Below, in pieces: positions 40,701-48,911 of a stretch of 64,000 bases of DNA. The translations under genes and the position numbers were made by a program. The notes beneath the pieces were generated by a model. That model had not been told where the DNA came from. It ran no database searches and saw only the letters and a list, made by a program, of their open reading frames with translations. Numbering within the stretch: position 1 is the stretch's first letter; each line of letters starts with the position of its first letter. The stretch comes from a virus: the IMG/VR virus record IMGVR_UViG_3300028377_000007, positions 23,041-87,040 of that record; one strand, written 5' to 3'.

Positions 40701-41278
40701 TTGTTAAAAGTAAAACCTCTCCATTCTTCTCTAATATTTTTTTCTTCAATAAAAAGAAAATTTGCAGGAATTTTTGTTCCACTCAAAACTCTACCATCTT
40801 TATCATAATAAGGCGTAGTAGAACCTTTCCTTGAGTTACATCTTTTGCAAGTCAAAGTTAAATTGTTAGAAATATTTGTACCATGATTTGATTTTGGATC
40901 AACGTGTTCAATAGTCAATTTGCTTCTAGGAAACTTTCCCCAACAAAGCTGGCAAGTATTTTTGTAATAAATGCATAATTCATGAAAATTATATTCCTTC
41001 TTTCTTGGCTTGCGAAAAAACCTATCAGTAACAGCCGCAACTGTTGGTAACATCCAAACATCTTTCGCGCTTCTGATACATGGCTGATCTTTATGAAAAT
41101 CAACGCCGTTTCCCTCATTCCAAGATTCAAATTCAAAAGGTAATAAATTTTTATCCAAGCCCCTTATTCTATTTCTTAAAAAATGATGAAAGCAAGCTCT
41201 AGCGGTGATCGCGCTTATTGGTAAATAAGCAAAATCAAGCAATAAACACACTCGGTCCTCTGGTTTAACTATTTTCAT
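40697..41278 (-). CDS. HNH endonuclease
   Basis: CQLC, TIEHVDPKS, NLTLTCKRCNSRKG. Confidence 0.88.
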   Translation of the reverse strand: MKIVKPEDRVCLLLDFAYLPISAITARACFHHFLRNRIRGLDKNLLPFEFESWNEGNGVDFHKDQPCIRSAKDVWMLPTVAAVTDRFFRKPRKKEYNFHELCIYYKNTCQLCWGKFPRSKLTIEHVDPKSNHGTNISNNLTLTCKRCNSRKGSTTPYYDKDGRVLSGTKIPANFLFIEEKNIREEWRGFTFNK

Positions 41279-41510
41279 TGTTTAGTAATGATGTGGATTT
41301 TTTTTGGTTTGTCAATGCTAAGAAAATTAAAGTTCCTCAAAAAGAAAGAAACTTTTTGAAATTTCTTCTATTTTACGATTAAAATTTGCAAAACTTGTTG
41401 ATTCTTTATAAGCTTTTACTAAATCTTTTTCTTTGTATTTTTTTATTATTTTAATATCTTTGTTGTTTATTAGATTAAAGAAAAATATCATTAGATCTGA
41501 ATCTCTAGAT

Positions 41511-42447
41511 GTGAACTACCCACCCACGCCAGAGGCGATGGGATGGGCTTCGGGTTTCATAGAGTGTGCGTTATTACTAACGTCTAATTTCCTCTCCACC
41601 TTTGTATAGTAGATAGTTCCTACCTACTCAATCTATTTTCATAGATTAATTTTATATATTTCAGAAAATCTTCTTCTAAATGATTTTTCTTCATTAGGTT
41701 TATGTCTATGTGAACCCATTGAAGATTCTCTATTCTATTATGTTGTTCTGCATCTACAGATAGTGGTATTTTATGGTCAATACTCGCATTCAAACCTATT
41801 GTTAATATCAATCCAGTGTAAGCACATTTATATTCTTGTTTTTCAAGAAGTTCTTTTAATTCTCCACTTCTTTTCATTGTACCTAAATGGTGTTTAGATG
41901 CATATCCAAACCAATGCCTCTCACATAACCCATTGCTATTTTTTAATCTTTTTGTATTGCAATTTCTACAAAGTCCATTTTTTAACCTATTTAATGTTAA
42001 TTCTTTAGCTCTTGTTATATTATTAACTCTGTATTTATCACCTCTTTTTTCTCTATAATCTTTACTTATTAAATTTACACAAGATTTACATCTACCGTCA
42101 AAACCGTCTGCGGATTTTTTACTATGTGCAAAGTTATCGTTGTTTAACAACAGTTTCTTTCTGCACTTATAACATACTTTATTCTCCATATTCCGTGTAT
42201 TAGATTACATATACTGTTATACAAAAATCATACCAAATCATCTATTCCTGACGATATTCAAATTGATATGTCCGAAATATTGTTTTCACTCTATTATTAA
42301 ATAGTCTAGTATTTTGTAAAGATACACATTTTTATACGAATTGTCAAGTATTTTGTAAATATATTTTAAGTCAATGGTAATTTAACTACATTTGTCGCTT
42401 ACATCCCATCCACGCAAAAGCGATGAATGGGTTTTACGCTCCGTTTT
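41511..42447 (-). mobile_element. non-autonomous IS200/IS605-family element with HNH cargo
   Basis: related subterminal hairpins at both ends; TTTAT before the left end; right end ...TAGTTCAC; tnpB start remnant VKTIFRTYQFE at 42242-42289. Confidence 0.8.
41620..42189 (-). CDS. Zn-finger HNH endonuclease
   Basis: three CxxC pairs plus CxxH; CAYTG, SIDHKIP, NLQWV, INLMK. Confidence 0.85.
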   Translation of the reverse strand: MENKVCYKCRKKLLLNNDNFAHSKKSADGFDGRCKSCVNLISKDYREKRGDKYRVNNITRAKELTLNRLKNGLCRNCNTKRLKNSNGLCERHWFGYASKHHLGTMKRSGELKELLEKQEYKCAYTGLILTIGLNASIDHKIPLSVDAEQHNRIENLQWVHIDINLMKKNHLEEDFLKYIKLIYENRLSR

Positions 42448-42618
42448 ATAAAAAGTTCCATTGTTACATTTTGTACAATGCCATTCATGATAAATTGGTT
42501 TCTCTTTTTGAAGTTTATCCCATTTTTTTTCTAATTTTTCTCTTCTAAAAAGGCGACTTTCAAATCCTCCCTCAGTTTGTTCGACGATTACTGGAAATTC
42601 TTTTTTTATCATTTTCAT
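42382..42618 (-). CDS. hypothetical protein, 3' end altered by the IS insertion
   Basis: reads into the IS left end after GTFY. Confidence 0.55.
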   Translation of the reverse strand: MKMIKKEFPVIVEQTEGGFESRLFRREKLEKKWDKLQKEKPIYHEWHCTKCNNGTFYKTERKTHSSLLRGWDVSDKCS

Positions 42619-42644
42619 TATTCAATGTATACTACATCTTCATT

Positions 42645-42688
42645 AAAAAAGCCCCCATCATAAAAATACTTTAATTATGAAAGGGGCT
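42645..42688 (-). terminator. probable intrinsic terminator
   Basis: AGCCCC/GGGGCT stem followed by a U-run on the minus strand. Confidence 0.5.
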
Positions 42689-42842
42689 AATCGACTAGTA
42701 ACTACTCAGACTTATTAGACTCTTTTCTATCTTCTGCACTATAACTCGCATTATAACCAGATCTTGCGCTTGTGATATAAGTAGACAATGATTTTGAAGT
42801 TCCATCAATAGAGCTAGAATTTGTTCCAAACGTCATACTCTT

Positions 42843-43175
42843 TCAGTTGTCAACCCTTGAATAGAAGGCTAGCTTTTCAAGCTGACTCCCCACCTTTCTC
42901 TCTAGCCAGTCGTCGTGGGGTCGTTGGCCTTTAGCGTTAGCGGGGATTACTTTGAATCGCGCTCCTGCGGCTTTGTCTTCATCGCCGCCGAAAGTGAATT
43001 GAAGGCCGCTCGATCTGGATAGGTCGTCCACTTCGCAGATTCCCCAAGTCCAGCGGTCGGCATTATCAGGTTCATTGAGAGTCATCATCTCGCATTCCGC
43101 CTTCATCAGTTCGATGAGCGCGGCTTTGAATCGTGGCGTGATTTTGATTTCTTCGGTGTCGTATTGTGCTTTCAT
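42843..43175 (-). CDS. GC-rich hypothetical protein, probably cassette-derived
   Basis: GC clearly above flanks; 3' end runs through a degenerate attC-like hairpin. Confidence 0.65.
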   Translation of the reverse strand: MKAQYDTEEIKITPRFKAALIELMKAECEMMTLNEPDNADRWTWGICEVDDLSRSSGLQFTFGGDEDKAAGARFKVIPANAKGQRPHDDWLERKVGSQLEKLAFYSRVDN

Positions 43176-43284
43176 AATTTTTCAGTTTGTTCGGGACTAA
43201 CTGCGCGTCCCAGCAAGAGTACCGGTGTTATTTTTTCTATCTCAGTTTTATTTTTTTCATATTATTTTTTAGGTTAAAATTTAT

Positions 43285-43357
43285 TGGAGTCCCGTAACGG
43301 AATCTAACCGTGTATCAAGGGTTGCAACCTTGCGCATAAACATTCTGCCAACGAGAC
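43285..43357 (-). tRNA. tRNA-Cys(GCA)
   Basis: cloverleaf, U73, CCA. Confidence 0.85.
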
Positions 43358-43364
43358 TTAAAAA

Positions 43365-44175
43365 CTAGCTTGAGATTAAAGCTTTATAAGTAAGATCTTT
43401 AAAAAGATTATTGTTTCCTTTCTTATCCACGGATTTTAGCCCGTATCCTTACACGACTGCCTTTTTAAACTTGTGGCGTTTCAAGCATATCTAAGACTAT
43501 TCTACCGTTTTTATTCTCCGTTAAAGCCGCTAAACCCTAACGAATTTTACTCCACGATAAAACTAAGATTCCTTGTGAGAATACTTAGCACCAAATTCCC
43601 TTTCGAGTGTGGCATTAAGCCGCTTTCATCTTAGATTGGACGAGATTTTTACATAATAATTGGGATTGAACCAATATACTATTCCTTTAGATGGAATTGC
43701 TATACCATTTAGCTATATTATTTTTTCCCTACTGAATGGTACTCGTCCAATCGCTTTCTTCCCTTTTGGAGAAAACTATACGATACCGCCCATTATCCTC
43801 TTCTTGCCGAAGTTTAGACCATACTTCACGAAAATTTCTTTCCATTTGTATTACCAAGAACCATTTACCTGCAAAGTTTACAGAACTTGATTACCGTTAA
43901 TTGATGCTATCTACTTATTTTGCATCCCTTAGAAATTTGCGGTTTCGCGACTCTCACCGTTGGCCTGAGTCTTAGGATAAATAAATAACTACTTCTATTT
44001 CCATAAAAGTTTAGCTTTTCAGCTTCACAATCTTGGCTTGCGTAAATAACCTTTGGTTTATGACTTCCAAGGCGATAAAGTGTAGGCTTTATCTTTCCGA
44101 TACTCTCATACCGCCATTTTCCTCCACAACTTTGTTTGTTGCTTCAATGGTGGATCTCACGCGACCCGTTTAAAA
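43365..44175 (-). ncRNA. large structured ncRNA, GOLLD-like
   Basis: ~800 nt without a credible ORF, many helices, in a tRNA cluster, own promoter; 3' part AAAAGGCAG...GGAUAAGAAAGGAAACAAUAA...GCUUUAAUCUCAAGC resembles my recollection of GOLLD 3' motifs. Confidence 0.7.
43652..43722 (-). ncRNA. tRNA-like element with CUA anticodon inside the large RNA
   Basis: D arm GCU/AGC, AUUCC-AUCUAAA-GGAAU, AUUGG-UUCAAUC-CCAAU, 6-bp AU acceptor stem, no CCA. Confidence 0.7.
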
Positions 44176-44275
44176 CTGTTAAAGAACAAAATCCTCTTTT
44201 GAAGATTATGATAATGACTATGACGTTTTTTTTTGCAAAGTCAATGCTTTTTTTGAAAAATTTGTTTTTTTAAAA

Positions 44276-44350
44276 TGGGGCGACTAACGGGGATTGAACC
44301 CGTACTCCAATCGTCACAGGATTGTACTCTACCTTTGAGTTATAGCCGCC
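44276..44350 (-). tRNA. tRNA-His(GUG)
   Basis: cloverleaf, encoded G-1, C73. Confidence 0.92.
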
Positions 44351-44355
44351 ATAAA

Positions 44356-44431
44356 TGGTAGTCCCAACAGAACTTGAATCTGTATCTTCCGATTATCGGT
44401 CGGATGCTCTAACCATTTGAGCTATAGGACT
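44356..44431 (-). tRNA. tRNA-Ile(GAU)
   Basis: cloverleaf, CCA. Confidence 0.9.
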
Positions 44432-44568
44432 ATATTAAAACCATTGCTATAATCGGCCAAATGTCAATAAAAAAACCCTTTTTGGCCACTTATAAAAAAA
44501 TAACGGGAAAGATATCTCGTCTTTCTCAAAGTTTGTCCTTTTAACAAACACTTGTGTCCGCTATATAA

Positions 44569-44645
44569 TGGTAGGCGATGTAGGATTCAAACCTACGGCT
44601 TCTTCCGTGTAAAGGAAACACTCTAATCAACTGAGTTAATCGCCC
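44569..44645 (-). tRNA. tRNA-Val(UAC)
   Basis: cloverleaf, CCA. Confidence 0.92.
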
Positions 44646-44657
44646 ATAAATATTGAT

Positions 44658-44749
44658 TGGCGGATAGTGCGGGATTCGAACTCGCGGGGGCTTTTAAACC
44701 CCATTTCTTTAGCAAAGAAACGCCTTAAACCTAACTCAGCCAACTATCC
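44658..44749 (-). tRNA. tRNA-Ser(GCU)
   Basis: long variable arm, CCA. Confidence 0.92.
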
Positions 44750-44757
44750 ATTTATAT

Positions 44758-44831
44758 TGGTGCAACTAGAGAGAATCGAACTCTCATACTAGACTTGGCA
44801 AGCCCATATCATGCCTTTAGATCATAGTTGC
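44758..44831 (-). tRNA. tRNA-Gly(GCC)
   Basis: cloverleaf, CCA. Confidence 0.88.
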
Positions 44832-44837
44832 AAATTT

Positions 44838-44922
44838 TGGTGCGGATAAAGAGATTTGAACTCTTACGCCTTTCGACAATAGCTTTTGAAACTATCATGG
44901 CTACCAATTACATCATATCCGC
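44838..44922 (-). tRNA. tRNA-Leu(CAA)
   Basis: long variable arm, CCA. Confidence 0.9.
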
Positions 44923-44926
44923 AAAA

Positions 44927-45004
44927 TGGAGCAAGATAGGGATTAGGAACCCCTAACGCTCACTTGGAAGGCGAGAACTTTTAACCTATTTAAGCTAATC
45001 TTGC
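44927..45004 (-). tRNA. tRNA-Gly(UCC), atypical T loop
   Basis: cloverleaf, CCA. Confidence 0.78.
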
Positions 45005-45011
45005 ATAAAAA

Positions 45012-45103
45012 TGGCGGAGAGTGTAGGATTCGAACCCACGGAGGCTTTTACACCCCTTTTGTTTTCAAGACAAACGCAATAACCCAGACTCTGCCAACTC
45101 TCC
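45012..45103 (-). tRNA. tRNA-Ser(UGA)
   Basis: long variable arm, CCA. Confidence 0.93.
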
Positions 45104-45251
45104 AGATATACCCATATAAACCGCCGTTTACTAAACCCAAGGGTTGTGAGCTTGGATTACTTCTTTCAATAGTGCAATTACCCATACCCGAACGCATATC
45201 CTTGATTCGGAACCGAAATTTTTATTAAATTAATTATTTATATTTTTTTTC

Positions 45252-45338
45252 TGGTCGATGCGGCGAGAATCCAACTCGCACTCTTTTTACGGAACCAGAG
45301 CCTAAATCTGGCGGGTCTAGCAATTCCCCCACGCACCG
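45252..45338 (-). tRNA. tRNA-Leu(UAG)
   Basis: long variable arm, CCA. Confidence 0.88.
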
Positions 45339-45435
45339 CTTTCTATTTTAAATCAAAGCCTTTTTCTTCGTTTAATTTAATCCACAAAAAATAGTCTGTT
45401 TCGCTAATAGCAAGCTTTAAAGTTTGTTTTTTTGT

Positions 45436-45511
45436 TGGTGCTTGCTATGGGATTCGAACCCATAAACCTCGCATTTTAAGTGCGATCCATAAACCGTTCT
45501 GGTAAGCAAGC
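45436..45511 (-). tRNA. tRNA-Leu(UAA) with short variable loop
   Basis: cloverleaf, CCA. Confidence 0.88.
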
Positions 45512-45518
45512 TTATATA

Positions 45519-45595
45519 TGGTGTATTAGCCGAGAATCGAACTCGGAACATTTTGCTTGGAAGGCAAACACTCTACCTAATTGAGTTACTAATAC
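45519..45595 (-). tRNA. tRNA-Gly(UCC), second copy
   Basis: cloverleaf, CCA. Confidence 0.9.
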
Positions 45596-45623
45596 ATTGT
45601 TTTGTATTTATTATTACAAATTA

Positions 45624-45698
45624 TGGCGTTACAACGGAAATTCGAATTCCGATCCTATAGGTGAAAGCCATAGTGTCCTACCATTAGACGATTGTAAC
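45624..45698 (-). tRNA. tRNA-Glu(UUC)
   Basis: cloverleaf, CCA. Confidence 0.88.
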
Positions 45699-45752
45699 AT
45701 ATTTATTAATTTTTAAAACTTGCTATACTTTTTATAACTTGTCAAGTTTTTT

Positions 45753-45828
45753 TGGCGGGATAGATTGGATTTGAACCAATAACGCCGAATTCTTCAGACT
45801 CGCGCTCTACCGTTGGAGCTACTATCCC
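45753..45828 (-). tRNA. tRNA-Phe(GAA)
   Basis: cloverleaf, CCA. Confidence 0.92.
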
Positions 45829-45838
45829 ATTTTTTAAA

Positions 45839-45913
45839 TGGCTCTGGAGCAGGGAATCGAACCCCGTTCAATTGGTTAACAGCCAATCCGCTCAACCGTG
45901 TGCGTTCACCAGA
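45839..45913 (-). tRNA. tRNA-Asn(GUU)
   Basis: cloverleaf, CCA. Confidence 0.88.
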
Positions 45914-45920
45914 ACAAAAA

Positions 45921-45996
45921 TGGCGGGTATGAGGGGACTGGAACCCCAATTGGAAAAGTAGACAGCCTTCCGCATTACCATATATGCTGCATGCCC
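45921..45996 (-). tRNA. tRNA-Asp(GUC)
   Basis: cloverleaf, CCA. Confidence 0.82.
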
Positions 45997-46180
45997 AAAA
46001 TTTTAAAATAATTAAACAAGAACAATAAACCTTTTTTCTATATACATTTCAATAAGAGAGTTTTGGTTTATTGTTTTAAATTTTTTTTTAAAAATTAATA
46101 ACACAAAGAAGAGTCATGTTATCTAGGATTACAAATCCCGTGCTTAGACCTTTAATATTTTTAAATACTTCTTGTGTTAA

Positions 46181-46256
46181 TGGTGGGGGTAGACGGATTC
46201 GAACCGACTGCCAATTGGTTAAAAGCCAACTGCTCGACCACATGAGCTTTACCCCC
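46181..46256 (-). tRNA. tRNA-Lys(UUU)
   Basis: cloverleaf, CCA. Confidence 0.93.
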
Positions 46257-46367
46257 TTTTATAATTAATCTGGCTGGAGAACCGAGATGAAAACTCCGTA
46301 ACATTTGTTTCGCCGCCCTTAAAACGGTCCCAGTTCTGCTTCTGGTTTGATTGTCGGTTTTTTTCGG

Positions 46368-46444
46368 TGGAGCCGCATGGGTAGATTTGAACTCCCGACC
46401 TTCTCTTTACAAGAGAGATGCTCTACCATCTGAGCTAATGCGGC
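46368..46444 (-). tRNA. tRNA-Thr(UGU)
   Basis: cloverleaf, CCA. Confidence 0.92.
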
Positions 46445-46452
46445 ATAATATT

Positions 46453-46528
46453 TGGTACTCCTATCGAGACTCTAACTCGAAACGCATTGTTCGTAGCAAT
46501 ACATGATATACAATTTCAACATAGGAGC
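46453..46528 (-). tRNA. tRNA-Arg(ACG)
   Basis: cloverleaf, CCA. Confidence 0.85.
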
Positions 46529-46529
46529 T

Positions 46530-46606
46530 TGGTACGAACGGTGGGACTCGAACCCACATATATACAGCTTAGAAGGCTGTTGCCTCTCCAATTAGACTAC
46601 GCTCGC
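46530..46606 (-). tRNA. tRNA-Arg(UCU)
   Basis: cloverleaf, CCA. Confidence 0.92.
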
Positions 46607-46725
46607 ATAAAATAAAAAGCTCTCATAACTCTTGTACGCGCAATACCAAAAGGATATTAACGGAGCAAACATATCCGAGATTATAATTTGTTAAAAGTTT
46701 GTTGATTTCATACTCGATGAGCTTT

Positions 46726-46801
46726 TGGCTGGTTAGACACGACTTGAACGCGCAACAAGAGGGTTTGGAAGCCTCTGCTCTACCAATTGAGCTACTAACC
46801 A
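46726..46801 (-). tRNA. tRNA-Trp(CCA)
   Basis: cloverleaf, CCA. Confidence 0.88.
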
Positions 46802-46810
46802 ATATAATAA

Positions 46811-46884
46811 TGGCAGATCTACCCCGATTTGAACGAGGACAAAATGGACCAAAACCATTTGTGCTACCATTACACTATAGATCT
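46811..46884 (-). tRNA. tRNA-Gln(UUG)
   Basis: cloverleaf, CCA. Confidence 0.9.
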
Positions 46885-46891
46885 GTGAAAA

Positions 46892-46971
46892 TGGGTGCAG
46901 GAGCGGGATTCGAACACCGCGTCCTTCTGGTTATGAGCCAGATATCCTAGACCAGACTAGACCATCCTGCA
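46892..46971 (-). tRNA. tRNA-Met(CAU), possibly initiator-type
   Basis: cloverleaf, CU-CAU-AA loop. Confidence 0.82.
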
Positions 46972-47046
46972 TGGTAGTAACGGTATGATTCGAACATACA
47001 ACCTACTGTTAATGAGACAGTCGCACTTCCATTGTGCTACGCTACT
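46972..47046 (-). tRNA. tRNA(CAU), elongator Met or Ile2
   Basis: cloverleaf, CCA. Confidence 0.85.
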
Positions 47047-47049
47047 ATA

Positions 47050-47125
47050 TGGTGGAGCCAGACGGATTTGAACCGACGACATCTTGCTTGCAAAGCAAGC
47101 GCTCTTCCTACTGAGCTATGGCCCC
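47050..47125 (-). tRNA. tRNA-Ala(UGC)
   Basis: G3-U70, CCA. Confidence 0.95.
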
Positions 47126-47228
47126 ATATTATCTAAAATACACCCACATCAAAAATATTTTACTATTTCTCGGACTTCGAACCCGATATAGTGTCCCGCT
47201 GAATTTATTTATACACATATTTTAGATA

Positions 47229-47305
47229 TGGTCGCCGTAGTAGGATTTGAACCTACGATCTTTTGCTCCCAAAGCAAACGCGATACCAAGCTACGCCATA
47301 CGACG
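47229..47305 (-). tRNA. tRNA-Pro(UGG)
   Basis: cloverleaf, CCA. Confidence 0.92.
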
Positions 47306-47386
47306 ATAATAATTAACCCAAGTATAAATGCGAATATAACAGAAACGCCAATCTATAAGTCTTTCTGATCACACTGATTAATTAAA

Positions 47387-47772
47387 TGGTGGAGATAAAG
47401 GGAGTCGAACCCTTGTCTTATATCTTTTTAATATATTTATTTCTTACAAGCTTAGTTTATTTTTAATTTTAAAATTCATATTTAAATAAACAAATAAATA
47501 TAAACTCGATTTTCTATTATGATTATAGACGAAAAAACTCTATAAAAATTTTACTATTCTGATTAAGCACCGCAACAATTAATAGTGATCCTTGTTTTTT
47601 GATGAGGTTTTACCCAAAGCTTACTAAGCTGCGATTGCTACTGGAGCAACTTCATCTTGGAAGCTTACGATTTTGTTGTTATCGCCAACTATGCGTGTTT
47701 TGAACTTTAAAGATGTATCTTTCTGCTTGTAAAATATACCTAGAAAATACAATCGAATCCAAGTATATCCCC
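47387..47772 (-). ncRNA. ssrA: tmRNA; tag (A)GDNNKIVSFQDEVAPVAIAA**
   Basis: 5' GGGGAUAUACUUGGAUUCGA, 3' GGGUUCGACUCCC...UCUCCACCA, tag ORF 47627-47686. Confidence 0.93.
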
Positions 47773-47783
47773 AAATAATTTTA

Positions 47784-47870
47784 TGGTGTAGGCAGACGGA
47801 ATTGAACCGCCGAGGGTTTCCCCGACTGTTTTACAGACAGTTGCCACGAACCAACAGTGACCTTGCCCAC
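47784..47870 (-). tRNA. tRNA-Tyr(GUA)
   Basis: variable arm, CCA. Confidence 0.9.
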
Positions 47871-48125
47871 ATAAAATTTTAACCTGTCAAATAACTATAC
47901 GAATGACCCTACCGTTTTTTTTAAGAATGTCAATGGTAAAAACAAAAAAACCCAAGTTTTTTTTCTTGGGCTTATTTTTTCTATATCTATTCCTAAAAAG
48001 ATTAAACAAGCCCATAAAAACTATCGCGAAAATTAGGTCTTCCCGCTTTAGTTTCAATAGATTTATATAACTGATAAAACATCGTGCTAATATTTACACT
48101 ATTTTTTAAAAAAGAGACAAAAAAA

Positions 48126-48545
48126 TTAAATATCTTGCAATTTATAAGCTGGTTGCCATGTTACTGTCAACAAACAATAGTCGCTTTTTGATGCGTGTAA
48201 AGTATTTGCGGGGATTTCTTGGGTGTCACCCTTTTTAAATGTTTTTTCACAAATTGGATCAAAATACTCTCCGTCTAAAACATAAGTTCTTTCTACTCTA
48301 TCGTGGGTATGTGGGGCAATATATCCACCTTTGTTATAAATAACATTAACAACTGCCATATTTTGTTTATCAGACAAAGAACACAATCTTTGGTGTACAT
48401 TTTTTATTTCAGAAGCATATTGGTCAGATGGAACAGAAAGACATATAGATTCTTTATCGCCTTTCCATTTCATGGCAACATTTGCTTTTCTTTTTATACC
48501 ATTTCTTATTTCTAATAACTCTTGTCTATTACATTTAGCTTCCAT
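48126..48545 (-). CDS. cupin-fold protein
   Basis: PHTHDRVE...IPANTLH. Confidence 0.75.
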   Translation of the reverse strand: MEAKCNRQELLEIRNGIKRKANVAMKWKGDKESICLSVPSDQYASEIKNVHQRLCSLSDKQNMAVVNVIYNKGGYIAPHTHDRVERTYVLDGEYFDPICEKTFKKGDTQEIPANTLHASKSDYCLLTVTWQPAYKLQDI

Positions 48546-48843
48546 TTCTATTCCTTATGCTTGCTTCTAAAATTTTAATATTATTTTCCACTTGTTTTCT
48601 TGTGTTATTTGCTTCTGTTGTAACTTTATCGACTATTTCTTCTTTATTTCTATCTATTTTAGAAAAGAAACCATCAAGCAAATTTTTAAGGTCTTTAAGA
48701 GTTTCTAAGTTATCCTTTTCCCTCTCGCGGTTGTTATTTCTTTCTTCTTTAAGTTCTTTGTACATAAAAAAGATAACAATACCCATTATACCAATAACTG
48801 GTGCTACTTCCCACAAAAAATTAAACATGCTACTTTCAAACAT
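48535..48843 (-). CDS. single-TM coiled-coil protein, possibly holin-like
   Basis: N-terminal TM segment followed by a charged coiled coil. Confidence 0.5.
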   Translation of the reverse strand: MFESSMFNFLWEVAPVIGIMGIVIFFMYKELKEERNNNREREKDNLETLKDLKNLLDGFFSKIDRNKEEIVDKVTTEANNTRKQVENNIKILEASIRNRNGS

Positions 48844-48911
48844 AATTATATCCCCTCCTCTTTATAAATAAATTTAATATCAAACATTACGCAGAATGTT
48901 TTACACTGATA

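Noticed and set aside
45105-45225. GC-richer spacer as an ncRNA
   Set aside because: I could not derive a convincing fold or family by eye.
46099-46179. A second functional tRNA-Thr
   Set aside because: Only an anticodon-arm-like piece is present; no T arm or CCA.
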